Positions 54,928 through 64,000 of a DNA stretch of 64,000 nt are shown here, one piece after another. The notes beneath the pieces were generated by a model. It was not told where the DNA came from, searched no databases, and saw only the letters and a list, made by a program, of their open reading frames with translations. The stretch comes from Octopus vulgaris (taxonomy: Eukaryota). The stretch covers positions 21,948,001 through 22,012,000 of the forward strand of contig OX597817.1 in NCBI GenBank assembly GCA_951406725.2. Direction: 5' to 3'. The stretch's first letter is position 1; each line of letters starts with the position of its first letter. The translations under genes were made by a program, and so were the position numbers.

Positions 54928-55646
54928 GTGTGTCTCTCTCTCTCTGTCTACATATATATATATATAAATGCATTCAATGTTAGGCAGGTAAGTATTTATA
55001 GTTATTTATCACGGAAGCTAATGCAAGCACACAGAGACACACATACACACACACACATACACACACACACACATACACACATAAACACACACATACACAC
55101 AAACACTAACACATACAAACGAACATACATGCACCACACACAATATTTGAATACTTGCGTGTATACGCAAATTCATCATTATTTCAGTTATATATAATTG
55201 CATTTTGTGTTTCCGTGGTCGCTTACGCGTACATACGCGTACTGCCGAACCTATGTATATACGTACGTATATCTACCTGTGCTTACGTGCGATTGCGTAT
55301 AAATACGTGCAAACGTATTCGCATTTTATACGTGTAATGTGTATTTCTATAAAAATCTGTATATGTTTTTTTTTTTTGTGTAAGCGTGTTTACTTACCAC
55401 TGTGTATGTATAAGTGAGTGTATATTTCTAAATATCTATTTATACAAATTATGTACTTACATATAAATTCATATGTATTAATATTTTTTTTTCTTTATTA
55501 CAATGATTTTTTTTTGTTATAGTATGATTTATATGTATAGTGCTGTATATACATATGACCGTACACTGTATATTTGTATATTCTGTGTGATTGTGCTTTG
55601 TTTATGCGCATATATACAAACAACATATAGACATGCAAGCGTATAT

Positions 55647-55699
<53 letters not shown>

Positions 55700-55899
55700 G
55701 TACGTGCATAATACATACATGAATACATACATTCACGTATGCTTATAAGCTTAGAGTTAAACAGTTTAGTAGCTTAAAAAAGAGAGAGAGATTACGCTCT
55801 TATCCAATCAATTATCTTCAGAATAGTAGTTTATGTAGAACTTATTAGCTGAGATAAACAGAAAAATAATAACGAAAATAAAAAACAATAACAATAAAA

Positions 55900-56169
55900 A
55901 AATGGTGGCGGTGATGGTGGTGGTGGTGCTTGTGGTGGTGGTGGTGGTGGTGGTGGTGATGGTATTGGTGGTTGTGGTGGTGGTTGTGGTGGTGGTGGTG
56001 GTGGTGGTGGTGGTGGTGATGATGATGATGATGATGATGATGATGAGGATGAGGATGATGATGATGATGATGAGGAGGATGATGATGATGATGATAATGA
56101 TGATGATGATGATGATGATGATGATGGTGATAATGATGATGATGATGATGGTGATGATGGTGATGATGG

Positions 56170-56203
<34 letters not shown>

Positions 56204-56290
56204 AAAGCAACAATAACAACAGCAACAACAACAAGAACAACAACAAAAACAACAACAACAAAAGCAACAACTGCAACATCAGCAAACAAC
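55900..56290. repeat. Compound trinucleotide microsatellite (GGT)n-(GAT)n-(CAA)n
   Basis: Directly visible; source of the poly-His, poly-Ser and poly-Met ORFs in the track. Confidence 0.95.
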
Positions 56291-57024
56291 AAAAATTTTA
56301 AAAAATAATGACAACGCTAGCAACTGAAACGATACCAAAAAAAAATAAATAATAAATAAATAAATAAATAAATAACAAATGAAAACATTTAAGAAACAAA
56401 CAGCAACAAACTATTTAAGGAAATATATATATATATACAAGAAAAATACATTGTTAAATTTATAAAGTCATTACTTGGTGTCTCAGAACATTCACGATAC
56501 ATAAAAACAAAGCGCAGTGAAAAAAGTATCAATAAAAAAAATAAATCCAGAGACAATAAAAATATATCTGAGGAAAACTAAAAAAGTAAACGAAAAACAG
56601 TGTGATTAAGATATACGGCCATTCACTGTTTTTTGCCGACTTCTTTTAACGTATGTTTTTCTGATTTAAAAAAAAAAATAATGATTTATTTTATTGGCCG
56701 CAAGGGCCTATAACGTTGGAGGCTATACAAATGATAGGTAAAATACGTAAGAAAACATTAAGACACTATAAGCGGTAAAGCATACTTTGAGTAAACGTGT
56801 GAGATGAACGAAGCAATAATTACACAATCGTAAAGAAGTAAATAGATAAATGACAATAATTGCCATACGTTTTTTAAATAAAATTACGTGACATGATCCC
56901 GAGATGAGCGTAGGTACATAGGGTGATTCAAGGCAACTTACACACAACTTTGGATCAATCTAACATACTAAATGGAAGTGCAATATGTAAATGGAAGTAC
57001 AGTTCAATATTTAAGAGATGAGGA

Positions 57025-57302
57025 ATTATGTACGTTATTTTTCATTATTTACATTCGACGGATATTTGTCCCCCATCTTGTTTGTTGTTAACACAACGTT
57101 TCGGCTGATATACTCTCCAGCTTTCATCAGGTGTCTTGGGGAAATTTCGAACCTGGGTTCTCATTCCTAAGGTATTTTTCGATGTTGTTATTATTATTAT
57201 TATTATTATTGTATTTGTTGTTGATGTTGTTGTTGTTATTGTTCAGGTCACTGCTTGGAATCGAACTCAGAATCTTGGGGTTAGTAGCCCGCGCTCATAA
57301 CC
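57025..57302 (-). mobile_element. SINE family D, second copy
   Basis: Reverse complement of 1240-1513 (tRNA-like head gagttcgattcc, (TAA/CAA)n, ccttaggaatgagaacccaggttc, hammerhead tail). Confidence 0.85.
57090..57135 (-). ncRNA. Minimal type I hammerhead motif
   Basis: Minus strand gacac-CTGATGA-a-agctg-gagagtatat-cagcc-GAAA-cg-TT-gtgtt. Confidence 0.75.
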
Positions 57303-57311
57303 TTGGAGTTA

Positions 57312-57360
57312 AGCCTTGTAAGTGAATTTGGTAGCCGGAAACTGAAATAAGTCCGTCGTA

Positions 57361-57416
<56 letters not shown>

Positions 57417-57642
57417 CGTGTGTGTGTGTATGTTTGTTTTTCTGTGTTTTTCCCTCCTCCCAACATCGCTTGACAACCCATGCTAGTGTGTTTACGTACC
57501 CGTAACTTAGCAGTTCGCAAAAGAGACCGATAGAATAAGTACTAGGCTTACAAAGTCCCTAGGGTCGATTTGCTCGACTAAAGTCGGTGCTCCAGCATGG
57601 CCACAGTCGCATGACTGAAACAAGCAAAAGAGTAAAAGAGTA
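57312..57642 (+). mobile_element. SINE family A, headless copy abutting the family D element
   Basis: agccttgtaagtgaatttggtagccggaaactgaaa ... ggtgctccagcatggccacagtc...gactgaaacaagcaaaagagtaaaagagt. Confidence 0.85.
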
Positions 57643-57957
57643 TTATTCTTGCCAAAACAAGCCAAGTCAATCTTTACAGATAGACCCAGTTGATCATATC
57701 CTGAACGTAATAACTGTTTTACATAAATCCGCCTAATCAAAAACGTACAAAAACTAAGCGAATACGCAGCGGACAGTTTCTGTAGAGTTTCTCATGAATA
57801 TGTAAATGTCTCTGTTGTACTGACAGTCAAAGGATCTTTGGAAATTGTCCATGATCTCAATTCTTGAAACACCTGACTCCCACCGAAAAGACTAACAAGT
57901 CTCTCAGTATCGATGTCCAGTATCTCTCGCAGAACAACAAAATGCTGAGTGAACCAC

Positions 57958-58002
<45 letters not shown>

Positions 58003-58369
58003 TTAATCGATGATATATTAAACCAGTGGTTCTCAAATATTCTTTTGCATGTAGACCTTCTTTGATTCCTATTTTACTCGGGTGGATTCTCATACCCTTC
58101 TAATGTCTTAAAGAATTCTGATAAAATTCTGTTAAAAAATACAAGCCATTAAATTTGAGATTGTGGGGATTTGGAATTTAAAATCTATAAAAGCCATTCC
58201 CGTGCATTGTGGATTGTGAGTAGTGACATAGACAAATGGCTAAAGGAGTATGAATGGAATATCTTGTAGAGCGGAAGGTTCGCCTCTTAAGAAGAAGAAA
58301 GTTCATCAGAAGGGTTTTGAGCCCTTGACGACACATATCCGTTCTGATAATCGTACTTGTCAGAGTTCA

Positions 58370-58508
58370 ACTGTTACTTATTTTATCGACTCAAGATGGA
58401 TGACAGACAATGTCGGTCTCGGTGGAATTCGAACTCAGAATATATAGACGGACGAAATGCTGCTAAGCGTTTTGCACTGCGAGCTAACGATTCCGCCAGC
58501 TTGTGGCC

Positions 58509-58510
<2 letters not shown>
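58370..58510 (-). mobile_element. SINE family B, degenerate
   Basis: tacttattttatcgac...ggaattcgaactcagaa...agacggacgaaatgctgctaagcg...ctaacgattccgccagct. Confidence 0.7.
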
Positions 58511-58580
<70 letters not shown>

Positions 58581-58888
58581 TACTGATTGCTACCTAAGTC
58601 AGATACCAGGAAACCCCAAAATGGCAGAAATTCAAAAGATAGTGCTCATGGGAACTGCTCATATCCTACGCAAAATACTCTCTATGTAATCCCAAGGTTT
58701 AAAACAAACTTTTTATTTTTTTTTATTTTTTATTTTTATGTATTAGACATTCACTAGTACAACACCAAAAAAAAAAGAAAAAAAAAACCAAATATATGGC
58801 ACAGAACTTCCAACGTGTTGTCTCTTGAGGTCTCTGGGTGAGACTTGGAGCCAACTTGTACAGACATAAAGCAAAAGTCAAACATAGA
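58581..58888 (+). mobile_element. 3' end of R4/Dong-like RLE non-LTR retrotransposon in (TAA)n
   Basis: Frame from 58582 TDCYLSQIPGNPKMAEIQKIVLMGTAHILRKILSM* (stop 58687-58689), the typical RLE-ORF C-terminus; (TAA)n on both sides. Confidence 0.8.
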
Positions 58889-58906
58889 ATAATAATAATA
58901 ATGATG

Positions 58907-58960
<54 letters not shown>

Positions 58961-58962
<2 letters not shown>

Positions 58963-59167
58963 CCTTTCTACTAACGGCACAAGACCTGAAATTTGGTTGG
59001 GAGTGTTAAGTCGATTACATCGACCCCTGTGTGTAAATGGTACTTAATTTATCGACCCCGAAAAGATGAAAGGCAAAGTCGACCTCGGAGGAATTTGAAC
59101 CAAAGACGGACGAAATGCCGCTAAGCATTTTGCCCGGTGGGCTAACGATTCTGCCAGCTCGTCGCCT
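58961..59167 (-). mobile_element. SINE family B
   Basis: ggtacttaatttatcgaccccgaaaagatgaaaggcaaagtcgacctcgg...ctgccagctcgtcgcc. Confidence 0.85.
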
Positions 59168-59970
59168 TAACACCACCACCACCACAACAACAACAATAAT
59201 GATAATAATAATAATAATAATAATAATAATGTTATAATTAATGTTATTATTATTATTTTAAGTAGAAATAATAAATAGCAACTCATAATCAAAGGCTGAC
59301 AAGTATGTAACAAAGAACATAGATTTCAAAGATGTTCTCTCCCAAGACTGCATCTTCTCTACATCGGCTGTACTTTATTTCAATACTCAAACGCTTCAAA
59401 ACAAATACACGATTTCAAACGAAAACTTCTATTACAAGCTTCAAACAGTCTTATAATTTTCTAAGTAACGGTAGAATTTTTAACAGTGATGCTTGTTATT
59501 TACAAAAGGATGCCGCCCACATTATATCTACTTAGAGGTCCGTGAAATAGCCGTTTTTCACGGTCATGTTACTTAGCCATTAACACTCTGTATTACCGAT
59601 GAGAGTAGATGAGCCATTATCAGTTTGGCAATCTATCGTCAGTTCTATCCATAGTTCTTGATTCTATGAGTTTGTGAATTTCTCTCTTTCTTCATTTTTT
59701 TTTATCTGTTCCATTGGTTCTCAGCCCTTCTCTTTCTCATTTACGTCATAACTTTGATGTATTTCAGCATTTATCCTTGTACTACAATTTACTATGATGC
59801 AAAAGGTGGCATAGAGGAGCCTTAAATATAAGATGTAACATATTTTTTCATCAAGATTTTGCTCTGCAGATCTATAAAATTAAATTAAATTTCCAGAGAT
59901 AACGCATATATCACTGGCACGTGCGTTTTCATATTATTCTTACCCAAAATTATTAACAGAAGATCATCAC

Positions 59971-60015
<45 letters not shown>

Positions 60016-60105
60016 AATCATCGTCACGAAACCACCACCACTACCATCATCATAAACATGATGATGATGAACATCATCATCAACGTCATCATCATAATCA
60101 TCATA

Positions 60106-60243
60106 GGTCGACTTTGCTTTCATCCTTTCGGGGTCGATAAAATAAGTACCAGTTACGCACTGGGGTCGATGTAATCGACTTAATCCGTCTGCCTCTCCTT
60201 GTTTGTCCACTCTGTGTTTAGCCCCTTGTGGGTAGTAAAGAAA
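60106..60243 (+). mobile_element. SINE family B, 5'-truncated
   Basis: ggtcgactttgctttcatcctttcggggtcgataaaataagtaccag ... gggtagtaaagaaat. Confidence 0.85.
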
Positions 60244-60245
60244 TA

Positions 60246-60315
<70 letters not shown>

Positions 60316-60317
<2 letters not shown>

Positions 60318-60790
60318 TGAGTGCGAGAGAAGTGCATGCCATCAAGGTGACATTAGGGTAAAATATAGGAAATCCAGTAGACCCATCATGACTACTCGTC
60401 TGGTAAGGTTACACCAGGCACATGGATCACAACCAGCTGTGCGCCGCATTGTGATCTCATATCAAGATAAACAGCACATGACTTTGCAGATGGGGCCCAG
60501 TTAGAATTTTTTTGAGGTCGAGTAGCCCACCCGCTCAAAAGATCCCTGAATAAGGGTTGTTTAAGGATGATGAACGAAGCACCCATGTTTCCAGAGGTGA
60601 ATTATCTAAACTCCAAAGGATTTCTCTCAATACATGCACTACTTCTGCTCGTGATCAGAGATGCATATATCGTCAGCCATTAAGGGATATGCTCATCTGG
60701 TTATGGTCAAACAACTGACAAGCAAATCTGTGGTATTGAACAGAATATTTGCTGTAGCCCATTTTTTATACAAAGACAAAACAATATGGA
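60316..60790. mobile_element. Unclassified GC-richer interspersed-repeat-like segment abutting (TTA)n
   Basis: Composition shift immediately after the (TTA)n tract; no recognisable ORF; possibly the 3' UTR of a (TAA)n-targeting LINE on the minus strand (inference). Confidence 0.4.
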
Positions 60791-61037
60791 ACAGAGCCAT
60801 ACACATTTCCGTTGTGCATCAATACACACTTCAAACTATGCTTAGAGCTCTCTATGAAAGACACTATTCCTCTGATTGGTATTCCTCAATGCCAAGTTTA
60901 TTAAGAAGCCCATTGACATCTCTGCAGTAAAGCAACTCAAAAAGAAGGTCATATTTGGATTCAGGAGACTGATTTTGTATAGAGATAATGTCTACTTCCT
61001 AAACACCAAAAACCTTATAGACCAGTGTTAGTATTAA

Positions 61038-61098
<61 letters not shown>

Positions 61099-61424
61099 GT
61101 CATTTACTTTTAATCTGCATGTTTGATGCAATCACTTGCCGGGGCACACCCAGCACCCTAGGGCAAGTGAAGGTTAAGAGTTGTTGAAATATAGCTGAAA
61201 GCTTGGGGAGGAGAAGTAGAGAAATATCTCCATGTAACACAACACAAACATTTACATTGATAGGGTTTTTCTAAGGATGTGGGCAGTACTTGTTGGCGCA
61301 ATCTTTTGGATTTCCTTGAGACATGGTTCTCCAAGGATATTGTCTAGGTGTTTCTGACATCCCTTTTTTATCATACCTAGGGCACCTACAATAACAGGAA
61401 CAATTTTTGTTTTAAGATTCCACA
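61099..61424 (-). mobile_element. 3' end of R4/Dong-like RLE retrotransposon in (TAA)n
   Basis: MWNLKTKIVPVIVGALGMIKKGCQKHLDNILGEPCLKEIQKIAPTSTAHILRKTLSM*; (TAA)n on both sides. Confidence 0.85.
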
Positions 61425-61444
61425 TTATTATTATTATTATTATC

Positions 61445-61845
61445 ATTCAGTAGTTTTATTTTTATAACGTGCTTTCACTTCACTACCGAGCGCAGCTCTG
61501 TGTGCCTTGGGTATGTGCTGTGATTTGTTGTGATGCTCTGATGGTTATTGTATGGAAAGTGTTCTGCGTAGGATGTGTGCAGTACCTAGTAGTGCAATTT
61601 TCTGTATGTTATGTGTTTGTAAGTCCTGGTGTTTTTGTTATGTATTTGTCTGAATATTTTTTATCATACCTAATGCACCTACTACGATAGGGATTGTTTC
61701 TGTTTTTAGATTCCACATTCTAGTTACCTCTATTTCCAGGTCTTTGTATTTTGAAAGTTTCTCCATTTTTTTTAGAGATACGTTGTCATCTGCTGGTATT
61801 GATACATCAATTAGAAAGCTTTTTTCTTCATGATCTCTGACTATT
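61445..61845 (-). mobile_element. 3' end of a further R4/Dong-like RLE retrotransposon in (TAA)n
   Basis: IVRDHEEKSFLIDVSIPADDNVSLKKMEKLSKYKDLEIEVTRMWNLKTETIPIVVGALGMIK, frameshift, then ...NIQKIALLGTAHILRRTLSIQ*: second half of the restriction-like endonuclease domain (D..IP, EK..KY motifs). Confidence 0.88.
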
Positions 61846-61853
61846 ATTATCAA

Positions 61854-61916
<63 letters not shown>

Positions 61917-62653
61917 CATTACTATTATTATTATCATCGTTGTTCTTGTTGTTGCTGTTGCTGCTGTTATTATTATTACCATTATTATTATTTTGTATAT
62001 TTTTCCTTCGGTAACATGATCATACTAAGCGGTTGCTTAACGCTTCGTTTTTTAGCTGATTGCATGCTATGTTGGTGGTGGGGATTTCCAAGGAAGAATA
62101 TATTATTCAACTGCCTGACTGAGTAAATGCAGTGGTTTGTCGCATGCGATACTATATAGGGAGGACTAGGCATATTATACATAATCCACTGCTCGCTTAG
62201 ACATACGTAGGCTGTACTTTTCCTGAAAGCCACAGCAATGACTGACAATTTACACTGCGTGAGTGGGAGGGTTGTCTATGTTCTTTCGGTTGTGGGTGGC
62301 TAATGCATGAAGCCAAGAAAGTTATTGATTCTACTGCTGAAGAAACGAGCACTTATATTACTGCACCAATTGCGTTTTGAAGTACTGCAGATATGCCTAT
62401 GTACATGGGAGTGATTTATCAAGTCATGATAAAGCTTGTGTGGGTTGGGGTATAGAAACAAAAACACTTAAAGACGATAAAAGTTTATGCGAGATCATGT
62501 TTAAGGATTGCTGTGTAAACGGTTATGAAAATGGTATTTATCAATGAGTGTGTGTGGTGTGTATTTAAATGTATACTTGTGCATTTATTGCGCATACATT
62601 TGTCTAGCTACAACTGCAGTTGCAAATACATACATGCATATATATATATATGT

Positions 62654-62748
<95 letters not shown>

Positions 62749-64000
62749 TGAAGAACACGATTATAGAATGATATGTATTTATTTATATATGCATTATCCG
62801 CAATGCCGGTGCCATGAGGCTATGGGATATTAATGTACAGTATATTATAATGATTAATCATAAATGCACAAGCCACGATATGCGGTTAAAAAAAATCAGC
62901 ATTGAGCCAATGAGGAAGCTTCTATGCAGCTGCCCGACCTACTAGTAATGGCAAGCAATTCTATTTCAAATTACATACCATTTGCTTAAAATGTAAGGAC
63001 ATCTTGAACATTGTTGTTCTGATAATTAAGAAGACATTAGACAATAAATGCAATGTAGATATAAAAGCCGGATAGAAACGACTATTATGCTTTGATCATT
63101 GATCAGAGCGTACTTGTGAATAAACAAAAAACATTATAAAATTGATTGCAAGGGGTTTAGAGGGAAAATATATAGAGTCAGCACCTCGACGCTTCTGCAA
63201 CTCTTCTGTCTTCTTATATATCACAAGATCAAATATTTGTATAGTGTGATATGTGTATGGTGTGATGTGTGTGTGTTTAGAAAGCTAAATAAGAGACTGA
63301 TTGGTTAAGAATAGAAGATGGGGGAATATTTAGCTAAAGATGAAAGAGACAGAAAAGCACTCCATGACGTTATCTGATGAAAAGAGAACATAAAATATCA
63401 TGTGACCAGCAAGAAGTATTGTACTGGTGAGATATAAGTTATAAATTTCGATTTCTTGTTGATGTTCTTACAACATAAACAGCCTTTTAGAAAATCATTT
63501 ATTATTGGTGCATAGTTGATAAAGTTCATAATGACACTGCTACATATTTAGCATACATATGAAATTTTGGCTAATATACGTTAATTCTGACTTATAACAA
63601 CGTGATAGTAATTAATTAGTTCGAACTAATAACCAGAACTGAGTTAAAAAAAACCATAAAAGTACCTGATTTAAGAAGCTTCGTAGTGATAGTTGCTATT
63701 AATACAAGTTCACTGAGGGCATTAGAAAGTGAAGTAAACGGTTGTTGATGAGATTCTAATGGCGATTCAAACTATACTAGACAATACGCTGGTGTTTCTG
63801 TCAGCGGTGGAATTGCATAAACAAAAGCAGACGTCTATTATCGTTCAGCGTTCTTATTTAATTATAAAAAAGTATTCACACTCGATTCCGGTTCATATCT
63901 ATAAGTTTATTTTTGTATATGCTAACATAGAAGGAAAAAAAAACGGACAGTATCAATGCGTCAGTAATAATATGTGCGCATGAAAAGCGGTGAGCTGGCT

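Noticed and set aside
55831-56292. Poly-His, poly-Ser/Pro and poly-Met ORFs
   Set aside because: Compound trinucleotide microsatellite that is open in several frames.
58024-58100. CAGTGGTTCTCAA hAT-like terminus
   Set aside because: No matching opposite TIR found nearby.

Overview
AT-rich, microsatellite-saturated animal genomic DNA. The SINE and LINE repertoire points to an octopus (cephalopod) genome; this is an inference from recalled repeat families. Only one host coding exon is visible: 16776-16925 (+), 150 nt, phase 1/1, encoding the N-terminal half of an I-set Ig domain of a Lachesin/DIP/IgLON-like adhesion protein. The rest is probably two very large introns, and almost all ORF-track hits are translations of microsatellites. 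Mobile DNA includes four tRNA-headed SINE families, a CR1 LINE 3' end, five Tx1/L1-like 3' ends in (GATA)n, three R4/Dong-like RLE LINE 3' ends in (TAA)n, a decayed Gypsy LTR-PBS-gag fragment and small MITEs. The main hidden signal is about 7 clear and several decayed minimal type I hammerhead ribozyme motifs of the Penelope-associated kind, with a palindromic helix III. They are carried by at least four unrelated short non-coding elements, most embedded in (TA)n tracts. Examples are a tRNA-headed SINE with a hammerhead tail, a 536-bp near-perfect palindrome with one ribozyme per strand, and two families with the compensatory U3-A8 core (UUGAAAA). All folds were assigned by eye and no activity is demonstrated.
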